Shown here: one piece after another, positions 1 through 8,738 of the stretch
How the letters are laid out: each line of letters opens with the position of its first letter
Numbering within the stretch: position 1 is the first letter of the stretch
Virus record (IMG/VR): IMGVR_UViG_3300043449_002710
Location: 1-64,000 of that record
Reading direction: 5' to 3' (one strand)
Length of the DNA stretch: 64,000 bases
The notes under the pieces: generated by a model
Told to the model about the DNA's origin: nothing
Seen by the model: only the letters and a program-made list of their open reading frames with translations
Databases searched by the model: none
Program-made: the position numbers and the translations under genes

Positions 1-439
1 CGACTGGGGTTGCTAATAATATCGTGGTTCCAAATGCGGGTCTTTTGAATATCACGCTTTTGGCTTCTTCTTACTCGGCAGCTCCTGTTACTCGGCAGCT
101 CCTGGGCTAACTTCTATCCTCGATGCGTCAGCTCAAGGCGCGAATACCGGAAACGGAACGACTAATCCGACGATCAGTTTGACGACGACTGAAAATGGGT
201 GCGCGGTGGTGAGCGTGATTATGGATGCCAATGGAACTTTAACGGCTGGCCAAACAGCATTGTTCTCAGGGGCGGCAGGAGCAGCTACTGACCAATATGG
301 CAGTCAGTATGCCTTACAAGCCACTGCGGGCGCTATCGCCATGAATTGGACGAACGCGACCTCGGCTCGTTGGGCAACTAACGCCGCCGCTTTTAGAGAA
401 ACTTCGCGCAATTCGATGCTGACCGGGGTAGGGTCTTAA
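1..439 (+). pseudogene. C-terminal part of a Gly/Ala/Thr/Asn-rich tail-fibre-like/virion protein, frameshifted by a 17-nt tandem duplication at 71-104
   Basis: The frame from nt 3 reads ...LLASSYSAAP and then hits TAA at 108-110. Removing one copy of TTACTCGGCAGCTCCTG joins it to the frame containing the 179..439 ORF. Confidence 0.55.
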
Positions 440-603
440 AAATTTTCTTGGGTTGTTTATTTTGATCGAGTATGGAAGGTGAATTCACTTAAGGAATCAC
501 CCCATGGAAACTTTTTTCAAAAGCCTGAGATCTCTTTTTAGAGCTTACCGTTATTGGAAGCTCAAAAGACAAAGACAGCAACTGATTCAGATCTAGTATC
601 TGA

Positions 604-930
604 TTACTTAGATTTTTTTCTCAGTTTCCAGACTCGAATCAACCGCGAGTGATTGGTTTTTCGAGCACTTTTCCGAAAGCGGCCTGTCCACGCCCATTCA
701 AATTGGCTTTTGAAAATGCTGCCTGCCGAATTGCCGAGATCAATTCCCATCTCGATCAGACGGGCTTGCACTTGATCGGCATCGCAGGTGTGGTCGGGGG
801 ATTTCAGCGCGATTTCGCGAGCGATCCTCCTGGCGATATCGAGTTCCGCAGTCCTAGAAGTTGCGGCAAAAAGCATCCCGAGTTCTTTAAGTGCTTCACC
901 TTCGGCTAAATCGAAATCTTTTTTATCCAT
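604..930 (-). CDS. hypothetical protein, possible winged-helix DNA-binding protein
   Basis: Clean ORF with a basic C-terminus (HSRLIRVWKL); AGTAAA motif upstream. Confidence 0.6.
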   Translation of the reverse strand: MDKKDFDLAEGEALKELGMLFAATSRTAELDIARRIAREIALKSPDHTCDADQVQARLIEMGIDLGNSAGSIFKSQFEWAWTGRFRKSARKTNHSRLIRVWKLRKKSK

Positions 931-1195
931 GGCTTATGATTTACTGAATTAGCACAAAGACTTTGATCCACAAGAAAGAAGGAAGTAACGCTCAGCATAT
1001 AATTAGTTTTTGTTGCCATTGGTCTAAACTTCTTTTATATTCCGAACTCTCTCAAATTGTAGCAGAAGCATTTGTTCATCACTCGTTTGTTTTGTGTACT
1101 CTGACTTCTCCCTCTTAGGTTTTACGTTTTTTGTTTCCTAAGAGGGAGAATCTCCTAAAAAATCAATCTCATTTCAAAACAGTAAAAACCAGGGG

Positions 1196-2122
1196 ATGAT
1201 CTCCGATAAAATTATTTACTGTTTGAACAGTGCTGCCGTGGGCGATCTCGTGGCTTCTGCCCCGGCTTTGAAATGGGCGATTGAGACTTGTCATAAAAGG
1301 GCCGAATACCGAGTCGCCTTGCTCCCAGAGTTCAGGGAGTTGTTCCCCTTTGTTCCCGGCGACAAAATCATCCCTTTGGCCGAGAAATATGACCCGAATT
1401 TTTCCGTTCGGAAATTGAATCTCGATGGAGGCGGTGGAAACATCACTAGGCTCACGCCTTCTCGGTTCAAGCTCACGCACTATGCTTGTATCGGTCTTTT
1501 GGCTCGGATTATTCCTGACCAGCATTTAAAATACGTGCCTTTGCCTGAGGTGGATATTTCGCGCTACAACGTGGACTTCACGAATGCCGCTGTTTTCATC
1601 GTCACTTACCGAGACATCACTCGTGCTTGGAAAGGCGATGAGATCATCAAAACTGCCGAGCATGTTTATAAAAAAGGCTTCACTCCGATCTTTATCGGAA
1701 AACTCGGCGGCATCTCGATCTGGAAGACACTGGCGGTTTCGGATTTCGTTTACCCGGGCTTCGGCGTGGATCTGACCAATCAGACCACCTTCCTAGAGAT
1801 GGCCACGATCATGAAAAAATCCAAAGTGGTTTTCGGGATGGATTCAGGACCGGTCCATATCGCTTTCTCGACGGACACGTCTGTCATCGCAGGTTACACC
1901 AATGTCGCCCCGCAATTTCGAATCCCGCCTAGGAACCCTGGGATCAAAACGGTGGCAGTCACACCAGGAATTCTTTGCCAGTTCTGTCAGAGCGATTGGA
2001 ATTTGGATTTCTGGAATTTCCAGAAATGCCCAAGAGGCCAAGATGTACCCGATTGTACCAAGGCCATGGTGTCGCAGAGCTTTATTGAGGCCTTTGATAA
2101 ATTACAACTGAGTCTGAGTTGA
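1196..2122 (+). CDS. glycosyltransferase family 9 (ADP-heptose:LPS heptosyltransferase-like)
   Basis: Typical GT9 motifs AVGDLVASAP, DLTNQTTFLE and GMDSGPVHIA, plus the C-terminal CxxC...C cluster. Confidence 0.85.
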   Translation: MISDKIIYCLNSAAVGDLVASAPALKWAIETCHKRAEYRVALLPEFRELFPFVPGDKIIPLAEKYDPNFSVRKLNLDGGGGNITRLTPSRFKLTHYACIGLLARIIPDQHLKYVPLPEVDISRYNVDFTNAAVFIVTYRDITRAWKGDEIIKTAEHVYKKGFTPIFIGKLGGISIWKTLAVSDFVYPGFGVDLTNQTTFLEMATIMKKSKVVFGMDSGPVHIAFSTDTSVIAGYTNVAPQFRIPPRNPGIKTVAVTPGILCQFCQSDWNLDFWNFQKCPRGQDVPDCTKAMVSQSFIEAFDKLQLSLS

Positions 2123-2260
2123 TCGGATCTTCTCATGAAATCCTATGAAGCCAAGTGTCTGAACGAGAGCTGTGATAAAGCCACGTCCCATTCGACAGGT
2201 TATTGTAAAGAGCATAGGCTTCATAAGTGTGAAGTTCCCCCTTGCCCGAGGCGGATCGGG

Positions 2261-2510
2261 CATGAACACAAAAGGTGCCAAAGGCATCGAAAGAAAAAGA
2301 CAGAGGCTTAGCGTGGGCGTCGATCAAGAACTTGAAAAGAGACTCAAGGAAGAGCAAAAAATTACCGCTCAAGTTCTAGAGCTGTGTAAAAAGAAAAAGA
2401 AAAAAACCCCGCTCTCGTTGGAAGCAGCCAAGCAATACTATTTGACTCTGGGGTTTTTAAGCGGAATCAAGTTCGCTTTAAAAATCCTCAAGCAGATCCG
2501 AAAGTTCTGA
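2261..2510 (+). CDS. hypothetical basic protein
   Basis: ORF from ATG 2261; composition only. Confidence 0.5.
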
Positions 2511-2612
2511 GCGATAGATCTCGTAGTGTAGAGACACGCGGGTTCTAATTCATGGCGGAAACGGCCATGAGCAATAATCTGCAAGTGCTAGTCGGAGTCG
2601 CGACCGACCCTC

Positions 2613-3680
2613 TCACACTTCTTCTTCTTCTTCTTTCTTGTAACGCCTTAAGTGTGGCGTCACCCAGATCAGTTTGACTTGAGAGTTCCTAGTTCCGCAT
2701 CTCTGCCATCTCAAGAAGGTTTCGATGAAAGTGGAATCCACATGGTATTGAACCGGCTTGTGATAGTTCCATGAAACCAAGGTCACAGGCACCGAACACT
2801 CGTTGATGGGTTTTCCAGCATCGCGCCTTTCTTTGAGCTGCTTATTGGAAAGGTGATTGGTTGTCGGTGCTTCAATCAAATCTGGGTCAATCGAGTTGAC
2901 GAACAAAACAAGATTGATCAGGGTTCTAAAGACCGTGTTTCGAGCTTCAACTTCCTTTTCACTCATCTGCACGTTAGCGCCGTCGATGAAATCAATCGTC
3001 TTGTATTGGTTTGCTAATTTGGAGAATTTCTCGTTTTTCAACTCGATCAGAAGCTTGGAGATCCCCATGAAATTGAAAAGCCTAGGCACCCCGTTTCGAT
3101 CTGGGCCAAGCATGGCTTTGTATCCTTGCTCTCGCTTGATCTTGTCTTTGCAGACATAAGAAATCCAGATCACTTTTTCGGATTCCACTGCACCGGGTTT
3201 TAAAGTGCTTTCTTCGGCGGGACCAATAAAAACATAAGCCCCTTGAACCTCATCACTGTCATCGAAGATTGCCCCTTCGGCAAAAGAAAAATAGCCAAAG
3301 AACCTCTCGGGCAAAAGATCGACCGGGATCTCTCGGTCCACTTTCATCAAAGCTTGTGTGAAATCCTTGGGGATATGATAGATCTTGGGCTTGGATTTCT
3401 TAGGGAGTTTTAAAAACTCGTGCTTGAATTTCCAAGTTAGGAAAAAATGAGTCGAGAGGTTGGGATCGAAATTTTCCCAAACGGGTATAAATTGCAAAGA
3501 GGGGTTAAACTGTTTCCAGGCAGTATCTTGTTTTTCGATGGGGAGCGCATACGCTGCGAACCTACGCGCTTCCAAGTCATAAGCGATGTTGTTATACAAA
3601 CGCTTATAGATATCGATCATGTCCTTTGGACCCCTTTGGCCCAAAACAATCTCTGGATGTAAAATCTTATTTATTTTCAC
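2613..3680 (-). CDS. hypothetical phage protein
   Basis: 355-aa ORF. The C-terminal RWQRCG...KLIWVTPH segment resembles a motif common in large-phage proteins. Confidence 0.7.
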   Translation of the reverse strand: MKINKILHPEIVLGQRGPKDMIDIYKRLYNNIAYDLEARRFAAYALPIEKQDTAWKQFNPSLQFIPVWENFDPNLSTHFFLTWKFKHEFLKLPKKSKPKIYHIPKDFTQALMKVDREIPVDLLPERFFGYFSFAEGAIFDDSDEVQGAYVFIGPAEESTLKPGAVESEKVIWISYVCKDKIKREQGYKAMLGPDRNGVPRLFNFMGISKLLIELKNEKFSKLANQYKTIDFIDGANVQMSEKEVEARNTVFRTLINLVLFVNSIDPDLIEAPTTNHLSNKQLKERRDAGKPINECSVPVTLVSWNYHKPVQYHVDSTFIETFLRWQRCGTRNSQVKLIWVTPHLRRYKKEEEEEV

Positions 3681-3870
3681 GGCTGTAATTCTCCTGAAGA
3701 GAAACGTTGTGGGTAAAGAAAGCTTGGGCCGATTTGAGGTCGGAGAACTCTTTTTTCAGCTCTTTGTTCTGCAAGAGATTCTTGGCGATCACATAATACC
3801 GCCCTTGATCTTGCGCTAAGGTCAAAACTAACAAAGCTTCGGCATAAGTTTTTTGTTCTAGGATTTTCAT
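3667..3870 (-). CDS. hypothetical protein
   Basis: ATG at 3870 immediately after the upstream stop; overlaps the next gene's start. Confidence 0.55.
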   Translation of the reverse strand: MKILEQKTYAEALLVLTLAQDQGRYYVIAKNLLQNKELKKEFSDLKSAQAFFTHNVSLQENYSRENK

Positions 3871-3871
3871 G

Positions 3872-4486
3872 TCATTCCTTCCGACAACGAATGGACCAGC
3901 CCTCGTTGTTTTTCTCTCGGAGCCCGGGCTCCAATTTTCCACTCCAGCGTTTTAAGATGAGCCCCTCAAAGAGATTCAGACTTTGATACTTCGAGAAAAG
4001 CTCACCCCAGTTGTTTTGAAAATTGGTCGCAACCCAAACTCCCGGGGCCAAAGCTTCAGCGAATTCATAGGGAGTGGAGATTCTTTGGGAGAAGATCTCA
4101 GTGAGAATCTTTTGGCGGTCTTGAACGGTGGTGTTCACAAGCCATTCCCCACGGTAGACCAAGATGTCAAAAACGTAGCAGAGGTTTTTCCAATCCTTGG
4201 TCTGACGATGGATCAGCTCAAAGTTTAAAACGATCGGGGCATAAGCCTTCAAGGATCTGAAAAAATCCTTTTGCTCCTCGGTAAGCTGATGGGCGATTGC
4301 CGCATTGTGCCTATTGAATAGCTCAGGATCGGTATCGATCAGGACCATCTGAGTGTTAGCACCCTTTAACTTCGCTTGAGCAAACCAATCGGAGTCTTGC
4401 TCTAGCTTCTTAAACCAAGAGCCTTGGGGCTGAACCAAACCTGTTTGGGGCCTTGGAGGCCAAATGTATTGCCCTCGGTACTTCAT
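3872..4486 (-). CDS. ATP-dependent DNA ligase/capping-enzyme-like nucleotidyltransferase (adenylation domain only)
   Basis: Motif I QAKLKG, III FELI, IIIa YVFDIL and IV EGLILKR are present; no OB-fold domain. Confidence 0.75.
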   Translation of the reverse strand: MKYRGQYIWPPRPQTGLVQPQGSWFKKLEQDSDWFAQAKLKGANTQMVLIDTDPELFNRHNAAIAHQLTEEQKDFFRSLKAYAPIVLNFELIHRQTKDWKNLCYVFDILVYRGEWLVNTTVQDRQKILTEIFSQRISTPYEFAEALAPGVWVATNFQNNWGELFSKYQSLNLFEGLILKRWSGKLEPGLREKNNEGWSIRCRKE

Positions 4487-4767
4487 GCGGCCCCCTTCAT
4501 GACAATCCAGGTGCTACCGCCGTAGAAGGAAAAATAGTTTTTGACCTTCTGAATCCGATACCCGGTGAAGCCCCGTTGGTATTCGATGACTTCGTGCTCG
4601 GTGTCAAAGATGGGTGAAACCCGGTGACCTGAGGCGTTAACTGCGCAATACCCAAATAGGATCTCGTCTTTGCTTAAGCTTGACGATGTCATTGTTTCCC
4701 TAGCATCATTGGACTTGGAACAAGTGGTTTGTGCCATTTCTATTTTATTCTCCTTTTGCCCGGGCAC
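4483..4767 (-). CDS. hypothetical protein
   Basis: Coupled by ATGA overlap to the downstream ligase-like gene. Confidence 0.55.
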   Translation of the reverse strand: MPGQKENKIEMAQTTCSKSNDARETMTSSSLSKDEILFGYCAVNASGHRVSPIFDTEHEVIEYQRGFTGYRIQKVKNYFSFYGGSTWIVMKGAA

Positions 4768-4805
4768 ACGGACTGCGCCCGGGCATTGTTTTTCAGAGAA
4801 TCAGC

Positions 4806-5402
4806 TCAGCTCGTGCGGATTTGCTGCACCGGCTCAAGAAGTTTGAAGGCCGAGGTTACGAGTTCTTTCTTGCCCTTCGAGGCGATTTCGCTCAGGGCGT
4901 TGTCCTTGACCTTGTACTGCGTTTCAAAGAGGCTCAGAGCTTCCTTGATGCCGAACTCCTTGGCCAAGGCTTGAAGGATGCGCTCTTGGGTCTTGGCATC
5001 CAAGCCATCGCGAAGCTGGATCTGGTCACGCTCGATATACTCGCCCAAGCCCTCAACTTCGAGCACTTGTTTCTTTTCTTCAGAAACGGTTTTAAAATTG
5101 TTTTGAACGATGAAGGTGACCGCTCCGGTGTTGCCGACCAGTTTCAGGTTTTCGAACTGCCCCATCACAGCGCGAGAAGCGTAGAGGTCTTGGCCGATTT
5201 CCTTCACTTCGGAGTTCAGGGAGTTCTTGCGGGCTTCGAGGTCTTTGATTTGAGCGCAGACGGTGCGGTACTCGTCCACGAGTTCGGCTTGGTTGTCTTC
5301 CAAAACGATTTGCGGGTTCTGGGATTTCTTTGCGGGGTTCTTGGTTTCGATCTGATCGAGCAGAGAGGGGATTGAGGCGGCGGACTTCTTTGGCTTAGGC
5401 AT
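4806..5402 (-). CDS. hypothetical coiled-coil protein, likely early and highly expressed
   Basis: Strong codon bias, AAGGAAG RBS-like element and an AT-rich promoter motif upstream. Confidence 0.75.
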   Translation of the reverse strand: MPKPKKSAASIPSLLDQIETKNPAKKSQNPQIVLEDNQAELVDEYRTVCAQIKDLEARKNSLNSEVKEIGQDLYASRAVMGQFENLKLVGNTGAVTFIVQNNFKTVSEEKKQVLEVEGLGEYIERDQIQLRDGLDAKTQERILQALAKEFGIKEALSLFETQYKVKDNALSEIASKGKKELVTSAFKLLEPVQQIRTS

Positions 5403-5542
5403 TTGGGTACTTCCTTGTGAAGCGGGGGTTTGGCGAGGATTTTAATTTCCAGCCGTGTTCCGCTTACAAATCCAGAATACTATAAATATAAATATATTCA
5501 AACAAAAAATATCAAGAATTATTATTCAATGAAATTGAGATA

Positions 5543-5938
5543 TTAGGTCAAATGGGGTGGGATCGAAAGCAAGTGAGCTTGCCCTTCTTTAGTGACTTCC
5601 TGAGCTAAGTCGAGTTCACTGTTTTCTGTGAGGGCGGCTTGGGCTTTCACGACCGGGCAAACGTGCTTGAGGTCGTCGTGGTGGTTTGCACCCTTGGATG
5701 AATAGCCGCTGCCTCCCATATCGCAATAAAGACACGCTGAGTTATCTCCGTCGTGCGGGGATTGTTCGATCAGGAACTTCAAGGCTTCTTGGAACTGGAT
5801 ATGTTTTTCTCGGTAAAAACGTAGACCCGCGAAAAACCCTGCTTTAAAAGAGCCTCGGTCGGGAGTGAACCCTTCGTTGTCTTGGGATGGGTAATCTTCC
5901 CATGCTTTTTTGAACGCTTCAAACTCTTGTTGGGTCAT
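5543..5938 (-). CDS. hypothetical protein with a CxxC...H..C cluster
   Basis: ORF composition. Confidence 0.6.
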   Translation of the reverse strand: MTQQEFEAFKKAWEDYPSQDNEGFTPDRGSFKAGFFAGLRFYREKHIQFQEALKFLIEQSPHDGDNSACLYCDMGGSGYSSKGANHHDDLKHVCPVVKAQAALTENSELDLAQEVTKEGQAHLLSIPPHLT

Positions 5939-5975
5939 GTAGGAAAACTAACCCGCAAATTTTCCGCCGTAAAGT

Positions 5976-6006
5976 AAAAAAGGGGAGCCGGTGTGACCGA
6001 CTCCCT
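5976..6006 (-). terminator. intrinsic terminator
   Basis: Minus strand: GGGAGTCGGT-CAC-ACCGGCTCCC followed by a T-run. Confidence 0.75.
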
Positions 6007-6107
6007 GTGTGGGATTTATTTCAATTCGGAAAGAGGTTGATTCAGCCAAGCGTTGGCGATCCGAGAAGAACCAAAGATGCCGATCAATTTGTTGAGGATG
6101 AAGTCTT

Positions 6108-6654
6108 TCATTCCGTTCGCTTTCTTCCGCGCTGCTGTGTACTGGAATAAATTTTCCACTGTTGTTCTTTGCGTGCTGAAAGTTTTTGAGATGCTACGAA
6201 AAGATCCCACACGTAAATGGACATGGAATAATCTTCAGCGGCAGCTTTCTTGATTTTCGCTTTCAAAAACTGCAAATTCTTTGGGATGTAAAGAGAGAAC
6301 TTCTCATGGATTCCGCCGCGAGAAGGTTTGGATTTTTTCTCTTCTCTTGATTCGGTGGCTTCGATCTCGTCGGGAGAAAGCATCTTTCTTTTTTTCATGT
6401 TTTCTATGATGAGATCAATCAGCACCGAGGACAAAGACTTCTCGCCTTTCGTGGTCGTTTGGTTCAGCAGGTCTTGGAACCAATCCAGTTGGGGCACAAA
6501 GAGCATAATAAAAGGAGTGCTTTTAACTGGAGCTTGTTGTTGCTTGCTAGTGGTCATAGGTGTGGTTTTACTGGATTCCGTTAAGCTAGGCATCTGTTTT
6601 TTTATTTTATTGAGGCACCGGCTTCCAACCCAATAGATCTTTTCCGCGCCATTC
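6108..6654 (-). CDS. hypothetical protein, possibly tandem ribbon-helix-helix DNA-binding domains
   Basis: Two similar units (MLFVP...SLSSVLIDLI and FSLYIP...SMSIYVWDLF); start position uncertain. Confidence 0.5.
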
Positions 6655-6660
6655 ATAAAA

Positions 6661-7272
6661 TTACTCCAGAATGTTGGTGTTCTTGTATTGAAACCCATCG
6701 AAGTGAGAGACTTCATTGTCTTTGATCACTACGCTACAAGAGGAGTAAGGTTGGGTTCTGCAGAAAGGCTGATTCCTGTAATAGAAGATCCATTGATTGT
6801 TGCCCGCATCTAGAACTTGAGTGGGTTCCCCAAAGCGCGCCAAGACTTCGCGTTTAGATAAACCCTTTTCGATCTTTGCTTCTTCTGGAGGAGGAGGGGG
6901 CGAATCTAGCTCGGTCGAATCGTCGTTATCGATTCCTGGAATCGCTTTTGGCACAAACGAAAAGCTCACCATCCTACGGCACTCGACTTTGTCGTTTTTC
7001 TTTTCGCAAGTCGTCCGTTTGGGATCGGCAAAGACAGGTCTTCCTTGGCAATCACTAGAAGCTTGGCAGAGAACATTGAATTCGATCTGAGCGTGAGCAA
7101 GAGCCTTCAGCTTGGCCTCGGATTCATCTGCGCCTAAGCCCACGCCACACGCCTGGATCGTGGTTCCTGACCGACGAGTGGAGGATTCCGTGCAAAGCCA
7201 AGACTCCGAAGCCAGAACTTCAGGGATGGACTGTGCAATCAGAAAGCCTAGGTAAAAAAGAATCGTTCTCAT
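6661..7272 (-). CDS. exported protein with a C-terminal SmpA/BamE-like domain
   Basis: Signal peptide MRTILFYLGFLIA..., Cys-rich N-domain, poly-Pro linker and KGLSKREVLARFGEP...WIFYY; AGGAG RBS. Confidence 0.65.
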   Translation of the reverse strand: MRTILFYLGFLIAQSIPEVLASESWLCTESSTRRSGTTIQACGVGLGADESEAKLKALAHAQIEFNVLCQASSDCQGRPVFADPKRTTCEKKNDKVECRRMVSFSFVPKAIPGIDNDDSTELDSPPPPPEEAKIEKGLSKREVLARFGEPTQVLDAGNNQWIFYYRNQPFCRTQPYSSCSVVIKDNEVSHFDGFQYKNTNILE

Positions 7273-7355
7273 ACATTCACTCCTATTTATATTTATAATA
7301 GGAGTAAATATACTTATAATCAAATCTTTTATTTATTATGCTTAAACTATCGTTT

Positions 7356-7886
7356 TTATTTGATTTTCTTTTTAGGTCGCTTTGTGGCTTTCAGCTTTGC
7401 CCTTGTTTTCTTGGCCACTTTTCTGGGCTTTTTGGCCAAACCGTGGTCGATGGCCCATTGCTGCCTAGTTTCATCCGACCATTGTTTGTAAAGCGGGTAG
7501 ACTTTGGAGATGGGTTGGGGGGATGCCTCGTCGCCGCAGTAGCCTAGCCAAAGATCCTCAGTGTCGCTCGACCAAACCGGCTTTTGTCCTGACTCCTTGA
7601 ATAATTCCAAGGTGCCGTCAAAGAGCTTGGCGACCCTAGCTATGGCGGATTTCTGGTTGTAAATGTCCAGATCCCCATCCCAGACCATCTCTGGCTTTTC
7701 CTCAGGATGTTTTTTAAAATAAAGACGCGAGTTGCAGATGCAAAGCGGTGGGGCCAAGCGCTTGGAAAAAAGCGTAGGCCGATAACCGAGCACCGAAATT
7801 AACACCTCACCCAAAGCGACTTCCTTTTTTGGGCCCTCGACTCGGTGCTGAAAAAAAGGATTTATTTTTTCTTTTTCCTTATCCAT
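7356..7886 (-). CDS. hypothetical protein with a Lys-rich tail
   Basis: Start overlaps the GT2 gene stop. Confidence 0.65.
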   Translation of the reverse strand: MDKEKEKINPFFQHRVEGPKKEVALGEVLISVLGYRPTLFSKRLAPPLCICNSRLYFKKHPEEKPEMVWDGDLDIYNQKSAIARVAKLFDGTLELFKESGQKPVWSSDTEDLWLGYCGDEASPQPISKVYPLYKQWSDETRQQWAIDHGLAKKPRKVAKKTRAKLKATKRPKKKIK

Positions 7887-8610
7887 GAAACGCACCTTGC
7901 TCCAATAATTCTTTAAAAGCTTTTTCGTCTTCTTTAACGATGATTTGAACCTCGTGGTTAATCTCTTTGCTGCCTACTGATTTACTCACGGAGCCGCGCA
8001 CCTTGGCTCCGACATAGCAATAGTGTTGCCCAGGGATTTTGGCGAAAAGATAATTGTCGTTGAAATAGATTCGAATATTGCTTGGGATCTCTGGGTACTT
8101 GCTCTTGAGAAAAAACATGCAGCAGCCAAAAGCAAAGGGAAGATTGTGGATCGGAGAGGCCAGCCTTTTTAAAGGCATCACTTTATCGGAGTGCTCCAAA
8201 TTCGAATAACATCCAGGGTGAAGCCCAATGATCCCTACTTTAGGGTTCATGGCCGCTTCTATAAATTCAAAGGCCTTGGGATCAACCACAATGTCATCGT
8301 TGAGAAGACAAAGCGTTTCGGTCTTGGCTAGGAAAGCCCCTAGGTTCCAAGACTCGCTCACATAAAGATTATGCGGTGGGGTCACGACGAGAAATTTCCC
8401 GAACTTTTCTGTCTGCATCACGCGACCGTGATATTCTAGTTCCCCAGCGTGAGCCAATTCCCCATACTCAGCAAACTCGATGTTCTTAAAATTTTTGCGA
8501 TTGTTGATCACAATCACTTCTTCAACAGCATTGTTGTGCCTAAGCTCGTCACAGCTTCGCTTTAAAACTTCGCTTAGCCAAAGAGTCGGAATAATTGCGG
8601 TGATTTTCAT
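7879..8610 (-). CDS. glycosyltransferase family 2 (GT-A fold)
   Basis: Motifs ITAIIPT, EVIVINN, SESWNLG, LCLLNDDI and GCCMF...YFND. Confidence 0.85.
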   Translation of the reverse strand: MKITAIIPTLWLSEVLKRSCDELRHNNAVEEVIVINNRKNFKNIEFAEYGELAHAGELEYHGRVMQTEKFGKFLVVTPPHNLYVSESWNLGAFLAKTETLCLLNDDIVVDPKAFEFIEAAMNPKVGIIGLHPGCYSNLEHSDKVMPLKRLASPIHNLPFAFGCCMFFLKSKYPEIPSNIRIYFNDNYLFAKIPGQHYCYVGAKVRGSVSKSVGSKEINHEVQIIVKEDEKAFKELLEQGAFHG

Positions 8611-8738
8611 GGAGGCAAAAACTCTATCATCCTAGTTGTTATACACCAAGCATAACGCCCATAGTCAAAACTATTTATTTTGACGCAGAGTAGTTGGTTC
8701 GGTAGACCATTCTAGAAACACAACCAAGGGGTTTTAGG

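Noticed and set aside
4731-5375. 214-aa plus-strand ORF
   Set aside because: Antisense shadow of the codon-biased gene 4806..5402; no RBS or protein-like features.
6016-6111. 31-aa ORF resembling a fragment of an Xre/MbcA/ParS antitoxin C-terminal domain (IFG...A.AWL.QP)
   Set aside because: Too short and truncated to support a call.
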